Assembly (NCBI GenBank): GCA_039811225.1
Contig: JBDHYG010000014.1
Location: 660 to 64,659, forward strand
Direction of reading: 5' to 3'
DNA: 64,000 nucleotides
DNA from: Parafilimonas sp.
GTDB lineage: Bacteria; Bacteroidota; Bacteroidia; Chitinophagales; Chitinophagaceae
Shown: positions 36,922 through 47,477 of the stretch, in pieces
Numbering within the stretch: the first letter of the stretch is position 1
Layout: the number at the start of each line of letters is the position of its first letter
Program-made: the position numbers and the translations under genes
The notes under the pieces: model-generated
The model's input: only the letters and a program-made list of their open reading frames with translations
What the model was told of the DNA's origin: nothing
Database searches by the model: none

Positions 36922-38010
36922 TCACTGGCTTCCTTCATGCTGCAATATATCTGGTAAAGGCACTAAAATCTTTTCACCGGGTGGGGCAAATTGGGGATTG
37001 GAAAGAAATGCAGAATCGGTTAATGTGTAAAGAAATGCTTTTAACTGCCCGATCTCAAAATTAGAAAGCGGGATACCTTTCCTCAGCAAACTATCGGTTG
37101 TAGAAGATGGAATAACGCCATTCCGGTAATGATTCAGCACATCGTCCAGGAAATTCAATCTCCCATCATGCATATAAGGAAATGACTGTTGTACATTCCG
37201 TAATGAAGGCACTTTAAATTTCAGGGAATCTTCCGGTTTGCCGGTAATGCGCAACCGGCCATAATCCTTCAAATAATCATCCAATGCAAAACCAGTATTG
37301 CGATAACTAAAATCGGTAAAGAAAGGAGGGGTATGACAGCTGATACATTTTTTTTGAAATATTTCATAACCTAATCGTTGAGGTAAATTAAAACTGTCTT
37401 TTCCCTGTATCACCCGGTCATATTTACTATTGGCACTTATTAAAGTGAGTTCAAACTGGCTCAGCGCTTTAGTAAGTAATTGTGTGCTTATTTCTTTTTT
37501 CCCAAATGCCTGTCGGAAAAGCCTTTGATAGGATGTATCCTTTTTTATTTTACTTATGACATGCTCCAGTGTTTCGCCCATTTCATGCGGATCGGTGATT
37601 GGAGACAAGGCTTGTGAATCGAGCTGGGTGATGCCACCATCCCACATGAAATTTTTTTGCCAGGCCAGGTTGAACAAACCCGGTGCATTGCGGAAAGAAA
37701 ATGAATTATCAATACCATGGCTTAATGGATGATCATAGGTAGCAAAAGCAGCAAACTGCTGATGGCAACTGGCACAGGAGAAATTCCCATCTCTGCTGAG
37801 TATTCTGTCATAAAAAAGTTTTCTTCCTAAAGCGATACCTTCAACTGTTAAAGGGTTTTGTTGAAAATCATAAACAGGATCCGGCCAGCTGGGAGGCACA
37901 ACGAACCTGACCGGGTGTGGTGTATAGTGATCATCCACATTTTTTATCCAGCTAATAGCAACCAGGCATGCCAAAATGATGCTACATAAAATAAATATTT
38001 TTTTCATCAC
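36922..38010 (-). CDS. Di-haem cytochrome c peroxidase (CCP/MauG family)
   Basis: Two CxxCH haem motifs (CASCH, CISCH), PSLRNV and PYMHDG motifs, and a signal peptide. Confidence 0.9.
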   Translation of the reverse strand: MMKKIFILCSIILACLVAISWIKNVDDHYTPHPVRFVVPPSWPDPVYDFQQNPLTVEGIALGRKLFYDRILSRDGNFSCASCHQQFAAFATYDHPLSHGIDNSFSFRNAPGLFNLAWQKNFMWDGGITQLDSQALSPITDPHEMGETLEHVISKIKKDTSYQRLFRQAFGKKEISTQLLTKALSQFELTLISANSKYDRVIQGKDSFNLPQRLGYEIFQKKCISCHTPPFFTDFSYRNTGFALDDYLKDYGRLRITGKPEDSLKFKVPSLRNVQQSFPYMHDGRLNFLDDVLNHYRNGVIPSSTTDSLLRKGIPLSNFEIGQLKAFLYTLTDSAFLSNPQFAPPGEKILVPLPDILQHEGSQ

Positions 38011-38164
38011 TCCTCATTATTTAATGACAACAGGATAGCATGTTTATTAGCCGATGATATAGCAGGTTCCTCTTTTTAATATAAACAAAAGAAAGAATAA
38101 AGATAAAGGTTGTACACTGGTAAACATGTAATACTATTTGACGAATTGAAAATTGAGCCCGGTA

Positions 38165-41100
38165 TTATTGAGCCAGTGAAATCTGAATTTGAATACCTGC
38201 TCTTGTATTGGTAACCGGTGCAGAAGTAGAAATATATGGAATGACCCGTTGCTGATCAAAGTAAAACTTCAGGCTTACCCGGTTATTTAAAATATAATCT
38301 ATCGCTGGTTGTATAGTAATCACTTTTTGCCCGCCGGTACTATATGCATTGGCCTGGTCCAGGCGACTATTACTTTGTGTATCATCGCGCATGCTTATGT
38401 CGAGGCTAATGCCTAAATCATTTTGCAATTCTTTGCCTTTCGTAAAGGGCAGGCGGAAAGGCAGTACGATTCCTTTTTTCCGAAAACTTCCACCAAAACT
38501 CCATTCTGTACTACGCACTTCACTCAATTGGAAATCGATCAGGCTCAGGCTGAGTGTGCGACTTTTCTTATACTCAAAATGGAAATTTGTTTGATTATTG
38601 GTAGTAATATCAAAACCAATGAGTGGCGCAAATTGTTCCTGGATGGTCAGGTTAGGAATCAGGAAGAAGGGTACATAGTTTCCACTAATGGTATCTATAA
38701 ATGCCGGTGCACCATAATGATAGGGATCAAAGAATAATAAGGCGCTGGCAAAACTATTCATACTGAGGCTGGCATTGTAGCCATGTGAAATGGTGATATT
38801 ACTGAAGACATCTGATAAAGCCGGAATATTCGTCAGGCCGGTATATGTTAAGCGCCAGTTGGGTAAAGCATGGATGCCACCAAAAGGATTTGATTTGATA
38901 TTTGGATTTGATTCTTTGAGGAGTGAAATTGTATTCGGGTCTTTCCCGGTGTATGCTGCGAGGAATGCAGGGATCAACACATCCTGTGCATAACGCCCAT
39001 AGCCCGTAGCATAGCCATCTGCCATAAACTTTTCATTGTCCGGAAGTGCCTGCCAGTAGGGGTTTTGCGAAGCAAGACGTTTGGAAATGATAAGCCGGTT
39101 ATCCTGGAATGTCTTGAAAGTTTCAGAGATCTCATTGGGGTTTGTTTTCATAAACAAGGTCCCAAAACTTATATATGAAACATTGAAGCCACCACCGGCC
39201 AACGGGCTCAGGTGATCAAAACTATTACCCGTTCCGGTCGTATCCTTGAAGAGTTCAGAATAATTTTTAGAGAAACTTTTATCCAGGTTCAGGTCTATAA
39301 TTAATTCTTTCAGTGGTTCTAATTGTGCGGTTACGCTCAGGCGTTGATCAAAGTTTTGTGTAAATAACAAATTGAATGTTGAATCCCGGGTGATCACACC
39401 TTGTCGTGCTTTTAAATTGAGCCAGGCAGTATCAGGTTGTTTCCCGAAAATATATGCAAGGCCGGGTTGATTGGATTTAAAGTTTTGTCCAAAGAATTGC
39501 GTGCTGTCTTTATACCCGGGAATCCGGCTGTTATAATTTTCACTGTAATTAACAGAAACCCGTTTGACCATAGTGGCCAGTTGCACAGCGGTTTTTACCA
39601 GGCCATTAGCGCTACCGGCTTCTTTATTTTTCCTGGCTGCGATACGGGCTTGCCTTTTCAGGTTACGCCATTTGGAAAGTGCCAGGCGTTTTTCTTTTCC
39701 CTTCAAGCCTTTAATTACTTCCGCCCGTGTAGGAATGGTGACTACGGAGTCTTCTCCATTTTTATCTTTCAGGGTAATTTCGCCTTCGTCTTCATTATTA
39801 TCCTGTTGAATTTGAGAAGTAATATTGCGAAGCCATTTTGATTTATTGTAAAGACGGTTAAAATCCATTTCGGTATTCAGGCTGTTTTGTTGGCTGTTTT
39901 CCAGCGTATTGCCCATACTGATCGCCAGCAGGCTGGCTGCAATCCAGTTGTAGGTAGTGGTATAACTGAAACGTGCCGTGATCCAGTCTGTTAATGGAAG
40001 TTTGTTAAACGGTATGCTGTAACTGATGGTAGCCCGCTGTTGATACAGGGTATTGCGTCCACCTTTCAGGAAATTTTTCCATACAGTATCTTTTTTGGCT
40101 TTGGTATCTAATTTACCAATGGGTTCATCTACCCGTGCGAAATTCACGGCACTAAAATCAATATTCAGGGAACGGGTTAAATCCCAACGCAAATTGTAAT
40201 AGCGGTCAAACGTGAAATACTTATCGTACGAAGTATCAACTTTTTCAACGGTCTTATCCGTGATGTTAACGATGCGTGGTACATATTCCCCATATTGTCG
40301 ATTGATATCTGCCCGAAAACTGATCAGGGAAGGAATATAATTGAAATTGAAATCACGGATAGGAGCAAGCCAGGCTGATTTGTTCTTGATTAATTTTTTG
40401 AAAGGGCTGATGAATTTGCTATTACCAGAATAGGTATAACCCAGGCCACCCCGATACCGGCGCAATGTATTCTCCTGGATGATGGGATTAGTTTGGGTAA
40501 ACCCGGTATAAGAAAAACTGAAATCAAAATTGCTGAGGCTCCAGAGTTTAGGCTTTTTGCCATTCACGCCAAAACGCATATTGGTAAAGTTCAGGGTCTT
40601 GATAGTAGATTCATCCAACGCCACATTCTTGATAGAATCTTTGGCATCACCGGCATTTTGAATTTTATATTTATATTTTACATCAAGATCATAGGGGTCA
40701 TATTCCGGAGTCAGGATTGTTTTATTATATCCGGCATATACCGGGATAGAAGCATATAATTTTTTCGGTAAAAGTTTGGCCAGGTCTATATTTAAAGCAG
40801 CATCATATTGCAGGAGGTCATTCTTGGCGCGCTCATTTATTTTTTGTTCGATGCCCCCAAAGCCACTTGTGTAGGTATTTGCGGAAAGCGATAATGTGCC
40901 CAGGTCAGCTAATTGAACATCCACCCGGCCCAGTGCCGCCCAACCACCATGTTCATCTATTTGTGAAAGCCGTAATTCATCTACCCATACTTCTGTGCTC
41001 AAGGGGACATTGGCGCCTGTGATGGCATTCTCAATACCAATTAAATAACCTTGTACTTCACCGAGGTTAGGGTTACCCATAACGGAGAAAGTTTTATTCC

Positions 41101-44100
41101 CAATTACTTCCCGGTAAATTTTATTCACCGGCGCCCCGGTATTGTTTCGTTGCAGTTTCAATTGCACCAGGTCATTCAGGGAAAAGTCAAGGTTATTTTC
41201 CAATGGCCAGATTTCTTCTGGGGTGGCAGAACTATTAAATGGCGTAATGGAAAGAGGAATTTTTATTTCATAATAATTATTCAGGAAATCCTGCCCCAGT
41301 CGAATGACCGCTACTAGTTCCCCATTATTGATGGGGCGTTGGCCAATTACAGATTCCGCATGGATGAACATCGACATCTGGCCATAAGAACGGATATCGA
41401 GATTCAGGGTTTTGAATACAGCGCGGGCATCGCCATTATTCAGGTTGTTTATTTTCAAACTCATGGATTGTTCATTTTGTAACAGGTTCACACCATTGTT
41501 ACTCAATGATTGTACACGTTCTATACCCGGTGGAATTTTATAAGGAATAGGAAGACGGCTGCTGTTCTCCTCTACATTTACAGCGGATACATTGATAGTG
41601 GTATTTGAATTGGCCGGAATAGGTGTATAAGAGCCGGTGGTATCGAGCAAATAAGTAAATGTGCGCCATTGGTTGCGTACCAGATCCAGGCTGGCAAAAC
41701 GCATGACTACAGAATCTTCAAAACCGGTAAGATACATCCGGATAAAACGGATAGATTTAAAATCAGGGATCTGTCCGACTTTGCCAGTATAATTATTGAT
41801 GGGTATCCGGAATAAGTACCAGTTTTCAGATGTGATACTGCCATCGGCAAGTTTGGGGGTCACTACACGTTTATCTACGATATAAGGTGTGGTACCCACA
41901 TCCATACCCGGTTTTAATTCCAGCTGGTATTCATAATATTCTTCCGTTTCGTTTAAAGTGTTATCATGGTTCAGGTCTTCATTGTCCGGGTAAACGGTAG
42001 CAGCCGGGGAATATTGAGAAGAATTGGTAGCGACAGGTGAATTCCCTTGTGAATTATTATAATCTTTATAGCGCCCTAATATACCTGTACCGGCAGCATT
42101 AAAACTTTCATCCCGGTACCAGACATAATCATCATGCGAGGGATCATTTAGTGCTTTTTGATAAATGGGGGAGGCAGCTCCAAAATTATTTAGTAATTGG
42201 TTTAAATAGTCAGCTCGTTTGTTGCGTTCATTGTCATTGTTGATACCATCGAAGCCCACATCCTGATAAGGCCGGTCATTGGGATCATTGCTAAATGCCT
42301 GGGTAACCTGGATGGGATTGACCGGAGTGGTTCCCCAAACAGAAGTGGAATCCACCGCAGCAGGTTGGGAAGGGGAGTTCAGGCCATTTTCATAAAATCG
42401 TTTACCATCTTTTAAAATATCTTCACTCACATTGCCGAGGTTGATATATAATTTTCCGCCAGTGCTTGCCGGGTCTTTGATAAAAGGATCCTGCACCCAG
42501 AACTCCATATATTCTATATTGGCCGTTTCAAAATCTGTCTGATCAATGGCCCGCATAATGCCACCCCATCGTTGTTTGGGATTTTTTAATTTTCCATCCG
42601 GGCCTATATTGGTTGGGTCGGCTGTAAAATTGTAGGGGCCGGGTTCGGTAGGATAATAAGCCAGGTCAAAAGTAGTGGTGAGCACATCGGTGATATTGGT
42701 CGTCCGTTGCGGGAAAAGTTCATTCGTATAAACGGCTCGTACCCTGGGGTCACTCAATTCGGTAAGGTTTCCTTTTAAGGGATTGCTGGGATTAGATTTG
42801 TCTTGTAAGACAGGTTCAATATTGTACCAGGCTAATTTAGCACGGTTCTTACCATAGGGTAAGGAATCCACGAGGTTAGCTTCCGGGAATAAATTATTGC
42901 CTTGTGGGGTAGAAGCCAATGCCCAGGAAACAAAAGGAAACCGCATATCCAGGTTACTGGTGCTGCCTTCAAAATCATCAATATAAATTAAACCCTGACT
43001 GCCCGTACCAATTTGTTTGGGGTGGCCGGGTTTTAAAACAGCGGCTTCTCCATAGGCATTTATCTGGCTTACTGTTTTTGAATTATAAAATGGTAATTTA
43101 TTCAAGAGCCGGGTGAGGCCGCCCCATTCAGAATTATAATTGAAGTCGATGCCATACATCGTATTTTGAACGGGGTCATCTCCATAATTCACTTTATTAA
43201 AATAGGGCCGCTCTGTAAGTTTTTCCATGGTAGCACCCAGGGATAATTTTTTACTGGCCATGTAATCCAGGCGTAAGCCGACAAAACCTTTTTGCTGAAT
43301 GCCGTATGTGGCGTTATTTTCAAATTGCACATTTACCGGTACACCGGAATTGATTATCGCCTGGTTCAATATTTTCAATGTACCCAAATTATAATCAATA
43401 GAATAATCCACATTCTCCTGTAAAATCTGGCCACCGGCTGTAACGGTTACAGAACCTTGCGGTATATTAAATGCACCTAAAGAAATATCGGTGGTAGAGC
43501 TTCCTTTGATTGTTCCCTGTAAGACATACCTGTTCAGGTTGGCATAGGTTTGTGCAATGGCTTTGATAGAATCGTATAATTGATAATAAACAAAGGAATC
43601 TTTGGTGGCTTGTGGTTCTCCCTGGAATGCCCGGTCTGCCAGGTCGCGGCCAAATGGTTCGAGTTCAGGAAAAATGATTTTGCCTTGTTGAGACAATACC
43701 ATGAAACTGTCCACGAAATCATAATAACCATCCGGGTAAGGATCATTGTGGCTATTGAGCCGGTCCGCACCGAGAATGGTAAGCAGGGATTGGCCGGAAA
43801 CAGAAGGAGCTGTTACGGGTAAATATCTTTTTAGTCCACCACTGGGTTCAGCATACATCACAGCGAGGTTAAAGCCATCGGCCTGCAAGCCGGTAACATC
43901 CAGGGAATATACATTCTTCATCATCAGTTGCCAGATTGGTAACTGGGTACGGGCTGAAGTTGCTTTTAATAATTTCAGGAAGAGATTTTTTTGTACTCCC
44001 TGCGTGGAATCGGATGTGACATCCTGGGAAAACTCGCCCACCTGGTAAATATGGCCATTATAAGAATATTGATATGCTACAGCCAATACATCATCCGATT

Positions 44101-45424
44101 GTAATTGCTGGCTTAGGGAAATAAATCCGACCTGCGGATTGAAATAATATTCAGAAGGATCTAATTTCCGGGCAAATGTTTTTTCGAAGTCATTAACCGG
44201 GGTAAGTCCTTTGGCTACTAATAACGTATTAATCAATGCCGGGTCACGATTGGATGGATTACCAGCGAGGAAAGGATAAAGGTCATTCGAACCATTATCC
44301 GGTAATGTATTGGATGTAAGGCTATGAACATTAGGGTTATATGGTTGGTTTTCCCCGAGGTCCATAAAGCCTACGATCGAACGGGTATTGGTGGTACTAC
44401 CGGTACGATTAGTCACCCAGACTTCCATTTTTAGAATTTGCACCTGACTGCCCACGACAGGTAAATTCTTCATGGCTGTATTATAATTATTTTTGAAATA
44501 TTGGGCTAACAGGAAATGCCTGTTTTCGTCGTAATCATCCAGGGTTTTTTTGATGGTTTGATTCAAGCCACCTCCCTGCAAGGTCAGGGATTGTCGTTGG
44601 GAACGTTCATTGGCAATGGCGGCAGTAAGAAATAATTTTCCAAATTGCAGTTGGGTTTTTACACCGAACAAACTTTGTACACTTGACATGAGTGCACTTT
44701 TAGTTTGGAAAGAAATATTACCTGCTTCAATGGACTTGATGATTTCATCGTCTTTGCCTTTATAATCCAGTTTCAGTTGGTTTTCAAAATCAAAATTGGC
44801 AGCGGTGTTATAGCTGATGGGTAATTTTAATTTATCTCCAATATTGCCAATCACACTAACATTGGCATCCATATCAAAATCAAGTCCCCCGTTTTTGCGG
44901 GCATTTTCCGGCAGGGTCGGGTTCTTAATATTTTGCCCTTGGTAGCCCACACTGATATCTACATTACCCTGAGGTTGTATATCTATTTTGAGGCCTTTAG
45001 GACCAATGCCAAAAATCCGGTCAAATAGGGAAGGGTAAATTCTTGGTGGTGGGCGCTTCGTAATCCGGTTCAGATCTAACAAGGTCCTGGATCGGTAATT
45101 AAAATAATCCTCCTCCATCTGCTTAGCCTGCAGGTCATAGAATTCTTTAAAAGTAAGATAGGTAGGTTTCCGGTAATACAGGTTGCCTATTTTTTCAACG
45201 ATATAATATTCATTGGTTAAGGGATCGTATTCAATAGTTTGATTAATGAGAGAAGAATCGCTTAAATAAAAAGGGTTCCTGTTTTTCCAGGTAAAAGGAT
45301 CGCCTCTCCTGTCTTTCAAGGGATAATGCAGTGAGTCACCTTGCTGAGCAAAGACATGTTCTTGTAAACACAATGAGCTCAGCCCGACAATTAATAGGGC
45401 AATAATTAATTTTCTCTTCGTCAA
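38165..45424 (-). CDS. sprA: Cell-surface protein SprA (Sov), outer-membrane translocon of the type IX secretion system
   Basis: 2419 aa with a signal peptide. Giant beta-barrel-type composition, and the N-terminal region (YYRKPTYLTFKEFYDLQAKQMEEDYF) resembles SprA. It sits directly downstream of ruvA, a common arrangement in Bacteroidota. Confidence 0.9.
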   Translation of the reverse strand: MTKRKLIIALLIVGLSSLCLQEHVFAQQGDSLHYPLKDRRGDPFTWKNRNPFYLSDSSLINQTIEYDPLTNEYYIVEKIGNLYYRKPTYLTFKEFYDLQAKQMEEDYFNYRSRTLLDLNRITKRPPPRIYPSLFDRIFGIGPKGLKIDIQPQGNVDISVGYQGQNIKNPTLPENARKNGGLDFDMDANVSVIGNIGDKLKLPISYNTAANFDFENQLKLDYKGKDDEIIKSIEAGNISFQTKSALMSSVQSLFGVKTQLQFGKLFLTAAIANERSQRQSLTLQGGGLNQTIKKTLDDYDENRHFLLAQYFKNNYNTAMKNLPVVGSQVQILKMEVWVTNRTGSTTNTRSIVGFMDLGENQPYNPNVHSLTSNTLPDNGSNDLYPFLAGNPSNRDPALINTLLVAKGLTPVNDFEKTFARKLDPSEYYFNPQVGFISLSQQLQSDDVLAVAYQYSYNGHIYQVGEFSQDVTSDSTQGVQKNLFLKLLKATSARTQLPIWQLMMKNVYSLDVTGLQADGFNLAVMYAEPSGGLKRYLPVTAPSVSGQSLLTILGADRLNSHNDPYPDGYYDFVDSFMVLSQQGKIIFPELEPFGRDLADRAFQGEPQATKDSFVYYQLYDSIKAIAQTYANLNRYVLQGTIKGSSTTDISLGAFNIPQGSVTVTAGGQILQENVDYSIDYNLGTLKILNQAIINSGVPVNVQFENNATYGIQQKGFVGLRLDYMASKKLSLGATMEKLTERPYFNKVNYGDDPVQNTMYGIDFNYNSEWGGLTRLLNKLPFYNSKTVSQINAYGEAAVLKPGHPKQIGTGSQGLIYIDDFEGSTSNLDMRFPFVSWALASTPQGNNLFPEANLVDSLPYGKNRAKLAWYNIEPVLQDKSNPSNPLKGNLTELSDPRVRAVYTNELFPQRTTNITDVLTTTFDLAYYPTEPGPYNFTADPTNIGPDGKLKNPKQRWGGIMRAIDQTDFETANIEYMEFWVQDPFIKDPASTGGKLYINLGNVSEDILKDGKRFYENGLNSPSQPAAVDSTSVWGTTPVNPIQVTQAFSNDPNDRPYQDVGFDGINNDNERNKRADYLNQLLNNFGAASPIYQKALNDPSHDDYVWYRDESFNAAGTGILGRYKDYNNSQGNSPVATNSSQYSPAATVYPDNEDLNHDNTLNETEEYYEYQLELKPGMDVGTTPYIVDKRVVTPKLADGSITSENWYLFRIPINNYTGKVGQIPDFKSIRFIRMYLTGFEDSVVMRFASLDLVRNQWRTFTYLLDTTGSYTPIPANSNTTINVSAVNVEENSSRLPIPYKIPPGIERVQSLSNNGVNLLQNEQSMSLKINNLNNGDARAVFKTLNLDIRSYGQMSMFIHAESVIGQRPINNGELVAVIRLGQDFLNNYYEIKIPLSITPFNSSATPEEIWPLENNLDFSLNDLVQLKLQRNNTGAPVNKIYREVIGNKTFSVMGNPNLGEVQGYLIGIENAITGANVPLSTEVWVDELRLSQIDEHGGWAALGRVDVQLADLGTLSLSANTYTSGFGGIEQKINERAKNDLLQYDAALNIDLAKLLPKKLYASIPVYAGYNKTILTPEYDPYDLDVKYKYKIQNAGDAKDSIKNVALDESTIKTLNFTNMRFGVNGKKPKLWSLSNFDFSFSYTGFTQTNPIIQENTLRRYRGGLGYTYSGNSKFISPFKKLIKNKSAWLAPIRDFNFNYIPSLISFRADINRQYGEYVPRIVNITDKTVEKVDTSYDKYFTFDRYYNLRWDLTRSLNIDFSAVNFARVDEPIGKLDTKAKKDTVWKNFLKGGRNTLYQQRATISYSIPFNKLPLTDWITARFSYTTTYNWIAASLLAISMGNTLENSQQNSLNTEMDFNRLYNKSKWLRNITSQIQQDNNEDEGEITLKDKNGEDSVVTIPTRAEVIKGLKGKEKRLALSKWRNLKRQARIAARKNKEAGSANGLVKTAVQLATMVKRVSVNYSENYNSRIPGYKDSTQFFGQNFKSNQPGLAYIFGKQPDTAWLNLKARQGVITRDSTFNLLFTQNFDQRLSVTAQLEPLKELIIDLNLDKSFSKNYSELFKDTTGTGNSFDHLSPLAGGGFNVSYISFGTLFMKTNPNEISETFKTFQDNRLIISKRLASQNPYWQALPDNEKFMADGYATGYGRYAQDVLIPAFLAAYTGKDPNTISLLKESNPNIKSNPFGGIHALPNWRLTYTGLTNIPALSDVFSNITISHGYNASLSMNSFASALLFFDPYHYGAPAFIDTISGNYVPFFLIPNLTIQEQFAPLIGFDITTNNQTNFHFEYKKSRTLSLSLIDFQLSEVRSTEWSFGGSFRKKGIVLPFRLPFTKGKELQNDLGISLDISMRDDTQSNSRLDQANAYSTGGQKVITIQPAIDYILNNRVSLKFYFDQQRVIPYISTSAPVTNTRAGIQIQISLAQ

Positions 45425-45465
45425 CTTTCAGGCAGCGCTGGTAATGTATACGTGTTTTCGATAAG

Positions 45466-46053
45466 TTATAAATTTTTGAGTGCCGCTTTAATAATATCTT
45501 CCAAAGAAAGCATTTCTCCGCCAGATTGAAAAACTTTTTTTACTGCATTTTCTGCTACGGATTTTGATAGCCCCAGGGCTATCAATGCTTCACTGGCATC
45601 CTGTTGCAGGGAAGGGGTATGTACAGGGGCCATGTCAGGAAAAATAGTGGCTATATTTTTGAATTTATCTTTCAGGTCCACCACGATACGTTCGGCTGTT
45701 TTTTTCCCGATTCCTTTTATCATTTCCAGTTTACGGGCGTCATTTTGTACAATGGCCTGCATGATTTCAACCGGCTTCATTCCGCTGAGCATTATCCGGG
45801 CAGTGGCTGCACCTACGCCGGAAACACTGATCAATTGAAGAAAGAGTTCTTTTTCTTCCGGGGTAGCAAAACCATATAAGGTTTGACCGTTTTCAAAAAG
45901 ATGCAGGTAAGCCCATAGAAACCCGTCTGTTTTTTCTGCAATTTGATCATAGGTATGCAGGCTGATTTGTAACTCATACCCGATCCCGTTTGTTTCCACG
46001 ATAACCAGGGATGGTGTTTTCTGAATAAATTTTCCACGTACAGATGCTATCAT
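45466..46053 (-). CDS. ruvA: Holliday junction branch migration complex subunit RuvA
   Basis: MIASVRGKF...VIVETNGIGYELQIS OB-fold start and helix-hairpin-helix motifs (LISVSGVGAATARIML, IKGIGKKTAERIV). 195 aa. Confidence 0.93.
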   Translation of the reverse strand: MIASVRGKFIQKTPSLVIVETNGIGYELQISLHTYDQIAEKTDGFLWAYLHLFENGQTLYGFATPEEKELFLQLISVSGVGAATARIMLSGMKPVEIMQAIVQNDARKLEMIKGIGKKTAERIVVDLKDKFKNIATIFPDMAPVHTPSLQQDASEALIALGLSKSVAENAVKKVFQSGGEMLSLEDIIKAALKNL

Positions 46054-46063
46054 AAAGAGTTCT

Positions 46064-46071
46064 CAAAAATA
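46064..46071 (-). promoter_or_regulatory. Candidate -7 box (TATTTTTG on the minus strand) upstream of ruvA-sprA
   Basis: Exact TAnnTTTG match, but only 10 nt before the ruvA ATG, which implies a very short leader. No -33 element seen. Confidence 0.2.
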
Positions 46072-46240
46072 ATCAATCCGGTATGTTCTTAGGATATTTT
46101 TTAAACAACCTGGAAATTTCTGCGATTCATTCAATTAAAACGTAACTAACTCCTGTTTGTTATTATAAATAAAGATGAAAGACAAAAAAATAAGTAAGAG
46201 ATTAACAAAGACCTTGTTCAGATTGTTTCTGATAATTTAA

Positions 46241-46248
46241 TACTTTTG
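46241..46248 (+). promoter_or_regulatory. Candidate -7 box (TACTTTTG) upstream of fabH
   Basis: Exact TAnnTTTG match, 18 nt before the ATG at 46267. It overlaps the ORF-track start at 46246, which argues for 46267 as the real start. Confidence 0.3.
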
Positions 46249-46266
46249 GCATCTAATAGCAAATTT

Positions 46267-47265
46267 ATGAGTAAAGTTACGGCAGCCATTACAGCAGTGG
46301 GTGGATATGTCCCCGATTATGTTCTCACTAATGCAGAATTGGAAACCATGGTGGATACCAATGATGAATGGATACGCACAAGGACTGGTATAGAAGAAAG
46401 ACGGATACAGAAAGAACCGGGTATGGCAACCAGTGACCTGGCGGTACCGGCCATTCAACAAATTTTGAAAAAACGCAAATTAGATCCTGCAGAGATTGAG
46501 TGTGTAATATGTGCCACCGTAACACCGGATATGGTATTCCCTTCTACAGCTGGTATAATAGCTTATAAAGTGGGCGCAGTGAATGCCTTTGCCTATGATC
46601 TTAATGCGGCTTGTAGTGGATTCATAAATGCATTAGTAACTGGTGCCGCATTTATAGAAAGCGGGATGTATAAAAAAGTACTGGTAGTAGGGGCAGATAA
46701 GATGTCTGCTATTGTAGATTATACTGACAGGAATACCTGTATTTTATTTGGCGATGGGGGTGGGGCTGTTTTACTGGAGCCGGATACAGAAGGATATGGT
46801 GTACGTGACAGGATTCTAAAATCTGATGGCAGTGGCCGTGATTATTTACATATGAAAGCAGGAGGATCGCTCAAGCCGCCAACTGTTGAAACGGTATTAA
46901 AAAGAGAACATTATGCTTACCAGGAGGGTCGGACAGTATTCAAATTTGCTGTGGTAGGAATGGCGGATGTAAGTGCAGAAATCATGGAGAAAAATAATTT
47001 GAACGCCGAAGATGTAGCCTGGTTGGTTCCTCACCAGGCCAATATGCGGATTATTGATGCCACTGCTAATCGTATGGGTGTTACTAAGGAAAAGGTGATG
47101 ATCAATATCAACAAGTATGGAAATACTACTGATGCCACGATACCTCTATGTTTGTGGGAATGGGAAAATAAATTGAAAAAAGGGGATAACCTGGTACTCG
47201 CTGCATTTGGTGGTGGCTTTACCTGGGGTGCGGTTTGGGTGAAATGGGCTTACCAGGCAGAATAG
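46267..47265 (+). CDS. fabH: Beta-ketoacyl-ACP synthase III
   Basis: Catalytic triad contexts NAACSGF (Cys), VPHQAN (His) and YGNTTDAT (Asn). N-terminus ITAVGGYVP. Confidence 0.93.
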   Translation: MSKVTAAITAVGGYVPDYVLTNAELETMVDTNDEWIRTRTGIEERRIQKEPGMATSDLAVPAIQQILKKRKLDPAEIECVICATVTPDMVFPSTAGIIAYKVGAVNAFAYDLNAACSGFINALVTGAAFIESGMYKKVLVVGADKMSAIVDYTDRNTCILFGDGGGAVLLEPDTEGYGVRDRILKSDGSGRDYLHMKAGGSLKPPTVETVLKREHYAYQEGRTVFKFAVVGMADVSAEIMEKNNLNAEDVAWLVPHQANMRIIDATANRMGVTKEKVMININKYGNTTDATIPLCLWEWENKLKKGDNLVLAAFGGGFTWGAVWVKWAYQAE

Positions 47266-47387
47266 TCAACATTTTGTCGACATCTCTTCAATATCAATCA
47301 TTTCTGTAGCTTATAAAAGAGAAAGCTATCTATCATACCTATCGTTATTTACTCCAAAGCTGCTATTAATAAGGCATTTTTGTAAGA

Positions 47388-47395
47388 TAAATTTG
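47388..47395 (+). promoter_or_regulatory. Candidate -7 box (TAAATTTG) upstream of the PKD-repeat gene
   Basis: Exact TAnnTTTG match, 82 nt before the ATG at 47478. Confidence 0.2.
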
Positions 47396-47477
47396 GTAAT
47401 ATCAATACTTTAGCCTTATTTTACCCATCTGTTTTCGGACAGAAACGACAATATCCAATATTCCTAAAAGAAGAACC

